Source: the human T2T-CHM13v2.0 reference genome, Homo sapiens
NCBI RefSeq assembly: GCF_009914755.1
Contig: NC_060935.1
Strand: one strand, 5' to 3'
Length of the DNA stretch: 64,000 nucleotides
Position numbers and translations under genes: made by a program. Shown piece after piece: positions 1 through 25,391 of the stretch (the first letter of the stretch is position 1; each line of letters begins with the position of its first letter). The notes under the pieces were generated by a model. That model searched no databases, was not told the DNA's origin, and saw only the letters and a program-made list of their open reading frames with translations.

Positions 1-215
1 CTTCCAAGTGCCATGCACCCTAGGAGTTTCCTCTTTCTTTGGAGGTTCTGAGTGCAACTTGGGTGTCTTGCTAGGGGGCTGGTTCTTTTTATTCAGAAAG
101 CCTCTCTGTTCCAAAAGTTGCCATTTCTTAACAAAATTTTGTGCTTGGCAGTTCTTTCTAATGCCTTTTTGGGAGGAGGTTCCACCAAATCCCGATTGAG
201 GAGTCAGGTAGACAT
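1..215 (-). pseudogene. ISG20L2 pseudogene, likely processed (5' CDS part; continues off window)
   Basis: Translates [24 protein letters not shown][48 protein letters not shown] against recalled ISG20L2 [72 protein letters not shown]; TGA at 206-204 and a 1-nt deletion near 140. Confidence 0.9.
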
Positions 216-502
216 GGGGACAGTGGGTGGTGGAGGGTGTGAGGGTGGGGTGGGGGAGTGGGGGAATACGTTCCCTGGCCCCTCTAGCTTCATGAAGGTA
301 CAACTCGAAGGTCTCATTTTATTTTAAAACAAAAGTATTATCATGCTAAGGAAAATGCTCCTATACTCTATTTTAAAATAAAGAATACCCTGTTGTCTCC
401 TGGTAAATTGGTATTTTTGAACTATAAAACATCAGGTATTCTCATTTCTTTTATGTTGTTGTGAAAAGATGGGGTCTCTTATGTTGTTGTGAAGAGATGG
501 GG

Positions 503-790
<288 letters not shown>

Positions 791-829
<39 letters not shown>
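791..829. repeat. (AG)n microsatellite
   Basis: About 19 uninterrupted AG units. Confidence 0.95.
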
Positions 830-832
<3 letters not shown>

Positions 833-1932
833 GGTCTCACTAAGTTGCACAGGCTGGTCTCAAACTCCTGAGCACAGGCAATCCTCTTGCCTCAGCCTCC
901 CATATAGCTGGGATTATAGGCACATGATACTGCATCCAGTTGGTATGGTTGGTTCTATAAAAATAATTTAAAATTTCCAGCCTTACAAAGTATCACTAAA
1001 ACTTAAAGGTTTAGTAAAATACTAACAGACTTAAAAGTCCTGAAAATCACTTCCAGGACAGTATTTGAGGAACTGGTTTTCAGCTTAAGTCTCTATAAAG
1101 ACAAATGACTAGTCACAATACATCTTGTATAAGCTCTTCTGGAGTGAGAGTGGAAGCTGCAGTGGTAGCGGTGGGGGTACAGTGCAGGGTCCATCTTAGG
1201 CCTGGTATGGAAAGTGTTGCCCTTCAGGGAAATTAATGGCCTAATAAGGGAGTAGGTGGAGGTGTGGTGGTCTTAGAAAGAAAACTGTTAAGTGGATAAA
1301 GGGAGGAGAAGCTATTGACTGTGTATGGGATCTCTTTCTTAAGCGCAAAATCAACGGGATCTATCTAGACGAGAAAGAAATTAAACTGACTCCTAAGGAA
1401 ATTACAGAAAACCATTCTACAGAAATAGTGTAAAACCAACAATCAAAAAAGTGAAAATTCCTCCAAAAGAGAAAGAACTTTGTATGCATCAGAAATATTA
1501 GCCCTTTTAATCAGTTAGCACTGCTCTAGGTAGAAAAGCACTGTTTTTTATCTTTCTTAGACACTTCAGAAACTGCTTTTCCAAAAGTGGACGGGACCAT
1601 CGTGACACTTGCTTCTCTCATGTTTGTGAAAAAGATGGCAAGGGGAGTAGAAAAAAAGTCTATAAAATCAGAACTCAGTTTCTCCTTGGTACACTGCAGT
1701 AACTAACTGTGTGACTCTGAGTCACTTCAGTAGTCTGGGACTATTATTTACCCCCATGAATAATACTAGCTGATCCTGAAGACTGCTTCACACTTAGACA
1801 AAAAATTTTCTTAGCTGTTTTATAAAATATTCTAGTTAATATTTAAACGTTGAGTTAATTTTTAAAGAAAAACAAATTATCTGTTTTTAATATTCTTTTA
1901 CATTTCTAAGCATGAAGGTGTCCAAAACTCAC

Positions 1933-2028
1933 CTTTCCAATTTTTGCTGCAGAATTTTTATTTCCTCCTTCAACTTTCGAATACACTCTCTCTTATTTCG
2001 AATAAGCTCCTTGCTCCTGTACATGTAC
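1933..2028 (-). CDS. USP28: USP28 exon 12 (RYMYRSKELIRNKRECIRKLKEEIKILQQKLE; start of coiled-coil insertion)
   Basis: 96 nt, tag|G ... AG|gtgagt; cumulative CDS 1283 nt. Confidence 0.95.
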
Positions 2029-2079
2029 CTAAGTAAATAATCCCACAAACACAATTTATATTATAAAACATTAATGACA

Positions 2080-4310
<2,231 letters not shown>

Positions 4311-4343
4311 AATGACTACATAAAAAATAAGTAAAAGAAGCCA

Positions 4344-5286
<943 letters not shown>

Positions 5287-5560
5287 CTAGGAGCACCCCC
5301 ACCCCCAGAATTCAGGTAGTTCCTACCCCCAAAAGGAGGAGGGCTTTCACCTAAAGTCTTGCTTCCGGAGATCAGAAGCAACATGAGCACAACCCTGGGA
5401 GGTCTCAGAAAAAGGCAAAGACCCTCAACCTAGACTCATAGAATCCAAATTTGCATATTATCATGTCTCCCAGGTGATTCCTACGCACACTATACTTAGT
5501 ACGTGCTCATCTCTACTGCTGTAATACCTCAGGAAAAAAAAAAATCAGCCAAGAACTCAC

Positions 5561-5688
5561 CTGTCCATATAAATAATCTGAGGAAATTCCAGCTTATTGT
5601 GAATTTTCTCTGGCTGCCCAAGGGACTGATTAAACTCAAATCTTGAGAGTTCAAAGGTCAACACTGGAGGTAGCTTTGTAAACCAACG
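5561..5688 (-). CDS. USP28: USP28 exon 11 ([42 protein letters not shown])
   Basis: 128 nt, tag|CGT ... AG|gtgagt; USP LPxVL..LxRF box. Confidence 0.95.
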
Positions 5689-7524
5689 CTAGTGTCAAGA
5701 GTAGAAATGTGAGAGAAAGAAAAATTAATTTTAGGAAATTACAATAACCAGATTTAAAATATCTCTCATTAAAGTTTCTTCCTTTGGTATAGAACTTATA
5801 CTCAAGGCAAACTCATACTAGAACTTTTTTTTATCCCAAACACTAAAGGGAATCAACACTTAGAATCTCATTCTCTTACAGAATATGGTTCAACATTCCT
5901 CAAGACTCCAAATTTACTAGCCAGTCAACAGAATTTTACTCAACCATCATCCTCAGAATAAACCACCCTTGAATATGTGAACCGCACTAAGCATCTACAT
6001 AACTCATTCGTTACATCATCAGTATTCAGAAGAGGTTTAAAAACTTAACAGCTAGCCTAACTACAGAATATGAAATTATGATCGAAGCAGCATGTAGCTA
6101 AAGAGACAACTCCATGTGCCAGCTAAAAAGACTCATATGTGTACATATATTACATGCTGTTTTAGTCTATTAACCATAATTTGAATCTCCTTTATATATA
6201 CAAAGGAAATTTGAAATAGCCTCATGGTTTTACAATTTCTCAATTTCTAAGAAAAATCTCTGAATTTCAAAAACTTACAGAGGTCTCATAAAGAAGCCAG
6301 TCAAATCAACCTACGATGTTACTTGAGTTTCAAAGAAGGAAGGCACTGACATAAAAAAGACTCAACAGTCAGGGATCACAGGTGAGGAAAAGCTAAATCA
6401 GATTTGGCTTTTCTATTCAATTCACCTGTATGTCTGAGGTTCCTGTCAACAGCTTTAAAATATTTCCTTTACCACAAGTGCAAGCAACATTCCCTTCAGA
6501 TACCCTGTCAGCATAATGAGGTGAATTCACACAGCCTGTGAGACCACCTCAGGGTGAAATCTAAATGAGCATGACAATTTTGTTGTTTTGTTTAATTTTT
6601 ATAGAATTCCCATCCTGGAATACAGGTCTCCACAGGCCTAAGTATAGCTGGTGAAGACTCCCTCTTTTGTAAGAGGATGCACCAGGTTTGCACAGATGGT
6701 ACAGATGACGTAATTCCTCCATTAGGAATCAGTTTTTCCTTGAAAATCCAGGGAGGCAGCAGCTCTCTGAGTTCCAACACTGCTCTACAGTGAATGTATT
6801 TTCATATGGCTCATGTTAGGCTCCCTATTTTAATTCAGGAAAGCTCCACTTTCTCCTATAGTAATTACTGAGTTGGAATCATATATAAGCCACAGTTTTG
6901 TCTCAAAATGTATGATCAATGGAGAACAATCCCAACTGTGTAAAGAATTATGTTACAAATGCTATTCACTAATTCTTAACCTAACTGGAATACTGAGATG
7001 TTAACTACCCATGCTCTCCCTTTAACTTCCCCCGTCTTTCCAACCCAGAAAAAAAATAGATACATAAATAAACAAATGAAAATTAAATTTTAAAAATGTT
7101 AAAAGCAAAGGCAGAATTTACAATTGAGAACAGTAAATACTATAATAGGGAAAATATTCTAAATGGCATACCATAGGAGTTAATCACTGTACTTTTACCC
7201 TCCGAAAATATGGAGGCAGTGGGTTCTCCCTACTCAGGTACAGGTAGGCTTCAACAGAAAGAGAGAAACTTGATCATACTTAAAACATCAGAAGCAGCAT
7301 ACAACCTTTACACGAGTAACTCAAATTCATAGTTTTAGTAAAAATTATTTATCAAAGTACTGATACTCACTGACTCACATCAACTGATGAGAGACTTAAG
7401 ACAAATTCAAGTTCTGCTAAGTGTAAAGTTACTTAATATGTGATGGGAAACTAGTCTGCCCAAAAGCTCACTCCTACTTAACTGGCTTTGTCACTGGCAC
7501 AGCAAATAAAGATCTCCAACGTAC

Positions 7525-7673
7525 CTCTTGTCCATACTTCACCGAGTGATCGGAGGGAAGAAGCTCAACATCACCCTCCACCATGGCCCCTTCCAAACAC
7601 TCGTCTAAGTTGCGATAACCGTTTACCTGAAGAGGATACTGGCCGAAGGTCTCATTGTTACAAAAGGGTTTTC
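7525..7673 (-). CDS. USP28: USP28 exon 10 ([50 protein letters not shown])
   Basis: 149 nt, tag|GA ... GAG|gtacgt; within supplied ORF 7474..7710. Confidence 0.95.
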
Positions 7674-9193
7674 CTAGGCAAAGAGAGAGACTTTTTAAAA
7701 AAGACATCACTATGACTATCTAAAGCCTATCTTCTGGCTCCACAGAGACAACATTTTAAATTCAGCAACTTCCTGATAGCTGGTTAGAAATGCACTTACG
7801 CCTTTATAGCAACCTCTAGTGAGCCAGTCAATCTAGACACTGAACAATGAAAACCAGTAACACTGGAAAAAGACCAGGGGCTTCGTGGCTTATGCCTGTA
7901 ATCCCACCACTTTGGGAGGCCAAGGTGGGAGGATCACTTGAGGCCAGGAGTTTGACCAGCCTGGAAAACACAGTGACACCCCTGTCTCTACAAAAAATAA
8001 AAATTATCCGGGTGCAGTAACACACGCCTGAAGTCCTGGCTACTCAGGAGGATAAGGTAGGAGGATTTCTTGAGCCCAGAAGTCCAAGGTTACAGTAAGC
8101 TATGATGTTGCCACTGCGCTACAACCTGGGCAACAGAGCAAGGACTTGTCTCAAAAAAAAAAAAAAAAAAAAATGCAAAGACAACCAGACATTATGTACT
8201 TCCTAATCAAGAGTTTTCTCACCATCTGTGAATAGTCTTGCCAAAAAAAGCCTTAGCTAAGTCTAGTCAAATCTCTAGATCCAACTACCAATTTATAAGA
8301 GGAGGAATAGAGAAGAACATGGGGATATGTTAAAATATGTTAAATATGTATCAGAGGACATGCAAACAGCAAAATTTCCAACTGTGGGAAATGCTACAGA
8401 ACAAACAACCCAGTTTCTCCAAAAAATACATTTCAAGGAAAAAACGATGGAGGGGGAGCCTACAAATATTCAGTCATAAATGAATCACACACTGGGGTCC
8501 TGACTAAAACAAACTCTAAAAATAAATTTTCTATTTTTAAAAAATTATGAAAACAAATTAGAAATCTCAACACTGACTAGATATTTGATAGTTTAAAATG
8601 CTATTTTTCAGAGTCATATTGGTATTGGGTTATGTTTTAAAAAGAGTATCAGATTGGTAAGAGTGGGGTGAGATGGGGAATGACTGGCTGTGGGCTAAGG
8701 CTGGGTTCATGGAGGTTGTAAAATTGCTCTATTTGAATGTATTCTAAACTCTTCATAATTAAAAATAAATTATGTGCCTTGCATGTAGCTTAGATAGATA
8801 AGCCTCCAGAGTGAAAAGCCTCTAGTCTAGAAAAACATTTTTGGCAGTCTCACTCAATAAAACCTTTTGAGATTAAGTATTATATTAGAATAAGCAACAC
8901 AGAGAAAACCGAGTAAAATCACTATCTGACATTAATGTCAGATTTGGGCTGTGCAAGTATTAATATGACAAATCTGAGATAAAGATTGTGCACATTTTAC
9001 AGATGAAGAGACTGAGGATCCAGAAGCTCCCATAGTTTATCCACAGTTAAACAGATACCAAGAGGCAGAACCAATATTCAGAGCTGAGTACTGCTGACTC
9101 TCAAGCCTATTCACTATACTGCCTCCTCAAAGGGACACAGTAATAAAGATATGATCAAAGGTCTAGAATTAAAATTCAGAGCAGAGAATTTAC

Positions 9194-9270
9194 CTTCACG
9201 AACCCCTTCAGTCAGGAAAGTACCATAGAACAGCTGCACCATTGGATTTTCAGATTTGTTCCTGGGACTG
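9194..9270 (-). CDS. USP28: USP28 exon 9 (NSPRNKSENPMVQLFYGTFLTEGVRE)
   Basis: 77 nt, cag|C ... G|gtaaat; tandem acceptors AAG CAG CAG. Confidence 0.93.
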
Positions 9271-10246
9271 CTGCTTTTAGGAAAAGGAGACAATTCTGGA
9301 TTGTTTGGATTAAGATATGTGCTACATAAAATCCAAGCATCATTCAAAAGCAAAAATAGTGCATTTTCATCAACCCCCAAAGAGCCAGGTATGATCTAAA
9401 TAAGTAACAATTAGTTCAGTTCAAATATTTATTGAACACCTTCTTTCGAGCATTGTGCTAAACTCTGAAGACACAAAGACAAGAAGGCCCAATCCCTGGA
9501 CTTAAGGAGCTTAAAGCCTAATAGTGGAGTCACACATGCAGACAAATATGCTTTCAGTATATACATCTATATCCAATGATAGATGTATACAAGGTATAGA
9601 AGCAGTATAAAGGTAAGAATGAACTCTGTTGCATAGTTTTACAAATAAATACAAAAAATTTTTCTCCATGGTACAACAGAAATAAAAAGTTTCTCCTTAC
9701 AAGTCCTTCTTAAATTGCTACGTTGAGTTGCCGTTTCCAAAACTATTTTATAGTTACAATGCTTCTACCTAGAATTGAAACCATTTAAAACACAGATTTC
9801 TCAGAGGGATATCCGTATCGTGCCCTAAGTTTCACTTCTCTCAGTGACTGAAATGACTATAACCTATCCTCTACACATTCTTAGTAGACCTCAAAAGGGA
9901 TCTTAAATTTAAGTACCCATATTATACCATCATGTTCACAACAGAGGTTGATTTGTCCTTTTTACAAATACATTTTACAGCACATGCTGAGTTTATTAAC
10001 AAAGTTAACAGTTACAGTCCTTTAGTTAGAAAAAAAAAAAAGCTGCAGGATAAGATGACTGGTACATCCTCAGAGGGGAAAGCTGAAGGCGACAGGGATA
10101 CATGATGAGGACTACCTCAGTGGTTATCCCAGGAGGTATGGTTAAAAACCAGCAATTTCTAGTTAAGGAGAGTAACTTTCCAGCATATAATTCTCACTGG
10201 CCCACTGTGAGTCGGAAGGATGTACAAACAAACCCTCAACACTCAC

Positions 10247-10320
10247 TTAACATTAACAGCTAGCTGGAATGCGTCCTCTAGCCAATCCAGGAGCTTGTGT
10301 GTGAATTCACTCACATCTTG
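10247..10320 (-). CDS. USP28: USP28 exon 8 (QDVSEFTHKLLDWLEDAFQLAVNV; USP QQD box)
   Basis: 74 nt, tag|CAA ... AA|gtgagt. Confidence 0.95.
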
Positions 10321-10346
10321 CTATAAGAGAGGCACAAATTGCATAA

Positions 10347-10758
<412 letters not shown>

Positions 10759-11023
10759 TGAATATCATGAAAACATAGGAACACTGAAACCCAGCTACTA
10801 TACATAAAAAAGAAGGTGCATTAAGCAACCTGAAAGTTGTAGCTAGAAGGAAGCTGGAACTCTACTACTTCCAGCCACATCTATTTATGACAAAGAAAGA
10901 AAAATAAACAAAATCTTCCAAGTAGGACTTTTTAAGAAAAAGGCCCAAGGAACTCTAGAACAATACAGAGATCTGAATAAAGAAAGAAAACTTCAATGTT
11001 TTGAGAATTTTGTAGAACTGTAG

Positions 11024-11278
<255 letters not shown>

Positions 11279-11746
11279 TAGGGAAGGGAAAGTCTAGAAG
11301 AGAGAAGTTGCTGAGAAAAGCTCCGAAAAGCTCCTGAACTCAGGTTTAGATAGTTTTAAAGATACTATTTCCATCTGGACCATTCCAAGACAAAGGTGCA
11401 GACAAAGGACTACTTTTCTTGGTATCCCTTTTGTTACAGCTCATTGAGGTATTTTCCAATCTCCTCCTTTCTACATCAATAGCCCCGGTATAATTCTACA
11501 TTCTTTCTACTACTATTTCTTCTTCTCTTTAGAACTGCCAGCCCCCGTGCAACACACGCACACTCTCTCACACACACATGCTTTCTCTCTCACCACCTGT
11601 TCTGTAGGCAAAACAAAAGTCAGAAACGAGCATCCATAGTCCTGCTTAGTCATGTTCACAGCTTGTTACGCAGTTGAAATGAAGCAGTACCGCATTAACA
11701 CTGACAAGGCATGACTTCAAACTCAAGAACAAGGCTTCTTTTGTAC

Positions 11747-11884
11747 CTGCTGTTCCTCAGATGATCGGAATGCTCCCTTTAATAGATCCAGGGCTGCAGA
11801 CGGGTCTACAAATTTTCTATTTGATCCCATCATTAGAGCAAACAAATACTGAAGCTCTTGCATAAACATGATATTTCTCTTTTC
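11747..11884 (-). CDS. USP28: USP28 exon 7 (EKRNIMFMQELQYLFALMMGSNRKFVDPSAALDLLKGAFRSSEEQQ)
   Basis: 138 nt, cag|GAA ... CAG|gtacaa. Confidence 0.95.
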
Positions 11885-12575
11885 CTGTAGAAAACACAGT
11901 ACATGTACTCTTACAATATCTCATTTAGAAAATCAGAACGTGTAAAGAAAAAAAAGTTGTCAATAATCATGCCCTCATTTATATTTACCTAGATCTAGGT
12001 CAAAGTCACAGGGCTATGTGTGTTACAGGGACTCTGGTAAGGACTGTACTCTAAACTGAAGAATAACTATGTAGAAGCCAGAGACAGCACTGTTGGAAAA
12101 ACAGAAATGTCCACTTTCTGAAGCTGCTGCCCTCCTTCTCATGAGGAAAATGCATTGCGCCAAGGTGAAATCCTGGGAAGGGTTAAATTGCTAGGAGGAG
12201 GCTACGACCTTTGGCAAAAACAGAATAAAATAGACTAAGGCGGCTCAGGTCTCTGGCATCAGGGCATCTCTCCAGCATCACATTGCCTAAGCAGCTCAGG
12301 AAGAGAAAGGATACAACAAACACAACAGGTATTCAGGGTCTCCCCACCCACATATTCTTGGAGCTGTTTTTCTCATTTTACTCCTACTTAATTTTACATT
12401 TTTGCATACCCTTATATGTTATCCCAAAAAAGGAAAATGAGCCATTTAGAAATGAAAACAAATAATTAGCACAAGCCAAAGAGTATCACGGATATCAGCT
12501 TTAGGCAAAAATCTAGAAGCCTTAGGGATGAAAGGGACTAAACAACAGTGAAGAAATTCCTTGACACCAACTTAC

Positions 12576-12662
12576 TGTATGACTTCGACAATTTTCAAGT
12601 ACATTTTGTGGCAGACTATAACTGAGAACAAGTCTTCGAAATTCAGGCAATTGAAAGAGAGA
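12576..12662 (-). CDS. USP28: USP28 exon 6 (SLFQLPEFRRLVLSYSLPQNVLENCRSHT)
   Basis: 87 nt, cag|TCT ... ACA|gtaagt. Confidence 0.95.
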
Positions 12663-12880
12663 CTGAAATAAAGAAAGAAAGGGATTCATAGCCTTTCCTG
12701 AAAATAACTGCAGCAACATATGTATTTTTCACTTCAAATATTTTATTTCATATTTAAAAGTATGCAAAACTATCAACCTGGCAATTTGACTTATGTTATT
12801 TCTAAGGAAATAATGGTTGTGCACAAAAAATTAGCTCAAAGAATATTAATACTTTTAGGTAAAAAATAGAAACAACCTAA

Positions 12881-13084
<204 letters not shown>

Positions 13085-14085
13085 TAGACTATTAAGCAGT
13101 CATTGAAATAATATTGTAAAAAGTGTTTATAAAATGACCTACTATATAAAGTGAAAATGAAAAAAACAAGAGCTATGTGTATCAACATGGATAAACCTCA
13201 AAAACACATTTTGAGTGAAAAAAAGTTACAGAAAAAAAGTATTATACTGCTTATATTAAGTTTAACAACATGTAAAACAATACTACGTATTGTTCAGGGA
13301 TACATCCATGTGTGGTTATGACTGTGGGAAAGGGAGGATGTCACAACAGGAACTCAATAGAACAGAAATTTGTAACATTAATTTTTTAAGCCAGGTGGTT
13401 AGTATAGCAGTGTTTACTATTCTCCACTCCTTGTCATAGTATTGTATTTTTTAAAAGTTTAACAGCAGATGGTAGAACTGGAGAGAGGGATTCTTTTTAT
13501 TATTTGCAAATCACATTTTTCTACTATGAATACCTTTCATAAGTTAATTTTCTTTAAAAATATCTCCTGTATGAATATACAACTCCTCATCCCAACATGC
13601 TCCTCAAATGAAAACCCTCTCAGGCCTGCACGGTGGAACTCCTGAAGAAGCATCCTAGGTAGATAATAGGCAAAACTTTGGAATTAGAACTAAATAAAAC
13701 AGCTTCTTGGTATTCTAAAAGCCCCAAGTATATTTCCTAATGTCAACCAAAGAATCCAAGTGTCGGTACTGACTAGAGCCCACGTGCACCTCTCTGGCTT
13801 CCCTCACTCTAACACAAGCCCTGGCGGGATTCAGCCAACAGGGTGAGTGTTCAACCGGACTGAAGTGTAAACCCAGGTCATGCTGCACCAAAGTTCTCTC
13901 TGGAACCAGGGCTTGGCTGGTGAGCTGTATCCTCTGCCACTCTCTTCTCTTCCACCTCACCTGTCTACCTAACACACTTGCATTCCTACTCTGCTGGCTA
14001 CCCTGTGACATTCTTGAGTTTCTATTCTGCTGTGAGAAAAATGGCTTTACATTCTCAGCCATTTAACTCCACCTCTTCACCATCA

Positions 14086-17859
<3,774 letters not shown>

Positions 17860-18920
17860 CTAGATTGCGCCATCTTGTCTCAAATGAATAACTAAATAAA
17901 TAATAAAAATAAATTTTAAAAATGAAGACATTGCGCCAGGTGCAGCGGCTCACACCTGAAATCCCAGCACTTTGGGAGGCTGAGGCGGGCGGAACACCTG
18001 AGGTCAGGAGTTCGAGACCAACCTGGCCAACATGGCGAAACCCTGTCTCTACTAAAAAATTAGCCGGGTGGCCAGGCGCGGTGGCTCACGCCTCTAATCC
18101 CAGTACTTTGGGAGGCCGAGGCAGGCAGATCACATGGTCAGGAGTTGGAGACCAGCCTGACCAACATGATGAAACCCCATCTCGACTAAAAATACAAAAT
18201 TAGCCAGGCCTGGTGGTACATGCCTGTAGTCTCAGCTACTGGAGAGGCAGGAGAATTGCTTAAACCTGGGAGGCGGAGGTTGCAGTGAGCTGAGATCGCA
18301 CCACTGTTGCCTGGGCAACAGAGCGAGACACTGTGTCAGAAAGAAAAAAACAAAAAACAAAAAAACCTGAACTGAAACCCACTGTTAACACACACCCAAA
18401 TTATTCCTCCTCCAGGGTCAAATGGTACTATAATCCACCTGGTTACTCGAACTAGAAACCTCATAGTCTTACTCTTACTCAACTACTGCAGGCATATCCT
18501 GGATCCAACTGCCCACCAATCCTGTAGATTTGATCTCCTCAGCGCCTCAAGAATGCATTCACTTCTCTCCTTCCATGACTTCTGCCACTTCTCTACTCCA
18601 GGCCACCACTGTCGCCTACCTGGATAGCTATGATAGCCTTCAACAACTGATTCCTCCTTATTCACTCTGCTATAATATAGTATCCACTAAATGCTTATCC
18701 AAAACACCTATTCAATATATTTACAACCACAGCAGATTTCTTTTTAGTACTGCCCAACTTAGACATCAAAGCATCTAAATCCATACACAATAATGCCAGA
18801 AAAACTCCCCTAATTTTAAATATCTATTTTAATCCTTTGAAAGCTATGTTTCTACATTTCAGTTTAATAAATTACAAAGTTATTTCCAAAAGACACAGTT
18901 ATCTCTTAAAAATATCATAC

Positions 18921-19080
18921 CTGAATAACAGCACTAAACCAACATGTATTGCCAACATTTTTCAGCCCAACTGGCCAACCATCAACTCTCCTCCAGTCAT
19001 TGGGATTGGGGTTTTCTCCCCAGACTTCACAGCGTTTTCTCTTTGAGCGTTTAGTTTCTGCAGAGGTTGCTTCATGCATC
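18921..19080 (-). CDS. USP28: USP28 exon 5 ([16 protein letters not shown]...[16 protein letters not shown]; basic NLS-like stretch and Cys box, Cys171 codon 18944-18942)
   Basis: 160 nt, tag|G ... CAG|gtatga; USP family GLxNxGNTC motif; overlaps supplied ORF 18915..19139. Confidence 0.97.
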
Positions 19081-19985
19081 CTATATTGTGCAGCGTGCCA
19101 CACAGCAAAAAAGAAAATAGTTAAAGAATAATATAGCATATGGAGGATGCTATAACTTTTCGTGGATAATTCAAAACACCAGAAAAAGTATTTACTGGAT
19201 AATCCCTAGCTATATAAGGAACTGTAAGACTGTAATGCAACTGAAAAGCAAGATTTATACATAGAAATGTTAATCCCTCCATAACAGACATTATTACTAA
19301 TAAGGTCCATGATAGAACTAAGTTGAAATTCAAGACTATTTAAGGCTACCATATTAGAAATTTTAGATTTCAACACAGTGTACTATCTAAGACCTCACCA
19401 TCGAATAGGGCAGGAGAGACACTGTGCTAAAGATAAGAGCCTCCAAATTGCCCAGGACATAAAACACAGCCCTGTGTTCCCTGAAATAAACATCTCAGCA
19501 GTGTGAGGGAATAAACATGTCCAGAAACTGATAGGCCACCACTGGAACTGGATGTTGGTGAACAGTACCAAACAACCACCCAATTAGTACCAGTTCAAAA
19601 AAATAGATTCCTTGATCACTTATGAGACAGGGTAGTTGAATAACTTTCACTTAAAACTATGCAGCAGCATAACCCTCAAAGTTTATAAAAGAGAATATAC
19701 ATTTATCAGATACCTGGACTAGGTTGTTTTTAATTCACCCTAGCAATTGTAAACTGAAACACCTTGCACACTTCTACTCAAAGACACACGATGCAATAAG
19801 ACCCCTTTCAGTTTCGCTTTTTCAAAAGTGAACCAAAGAGTAAGCTAATGCAAATTCAAAATTTCTCCTAAAAGAAATGTCATTCAGGTGCTTAACAGAA
19901 TTATTCCTGAGTGGCATTCACAGAGCTGTTGCCTTTGAGATACACACAAATGTGGGGGGCAAGAATTATAAGTTAAATCAATAAC

Positions 19986-20091
19986 CTGTTAAGATCTCTT
20001 CCATCAGCTTGAATTTTGGGAGACTCCAGTAGACTCAAAGCAATGGCAGCCTGAAGATCATCTTTGTTATCATGAGTAAGGTCTATAACTT
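19986..20091 (-). CDS. USP28: USP28 exon 4 (KVIDLTHDNKDDLQAAIALSLLESPKIQADGRDLNR; SIM VIDLT and UIM)
   Basis: 106 nt, cag|AA ... AG|gttatt; SUMO-interacting and ubiquitin-interacting motifs visible in the translation. Confidence 0.95.
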
Positions 20092-20429
20092 CTGTAAGAT
20101 AAACAGAAATTTAATTAGTCTATATATAGGAAACACTGCCCTTCTGTAATATAAGAAAAAGGTAAAGACATACTCCCTAGCTTTCACTACAACAATGGCT
20201 CAACTGTGTAACAATTTTATTACCCTACTGCATAGTCAAATGAGTAACTTCGGCTACACTGTAACCTTAGACTAGCCCACAGTACAGAAATAACAAGCTG
20301 CAAAAATCAAATGAACCAAATACCCTCTTCTGTATTCTCACTCCACAAAGTCAAAAGTAGATCCCATACATGTGGGTTAAATAGTCTCTATTATCACAAA
20401 ACATCAGCCAAATATCAAACACCCAGGGA

Positions 20430-25000
<4,571 letters not shown>

Positions 25001-25096
25001 AATAATTTCAAGTAATAAATTATCCAATTATCAGGCTGGGCACTGTGGCTCACATCTGTAATCCCAACACTTTGGGAGACTGAGGCAGGCGGATCA

Positions 25097-25391
<295 letters not shown>

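Noticed and set aside
451-502. 28-bp tandem duplication (ttatgttgttgtgaaaagatggggtctc)
   Set aside because: Local duplication at an Alu end; only two copies and no spacer structure
1100-1375. Possible further 5'UTR portion of the ISG20L2 copy
   Set aside because: Composition is suggestive, but I cannot verify homology without alignment to the mRNA
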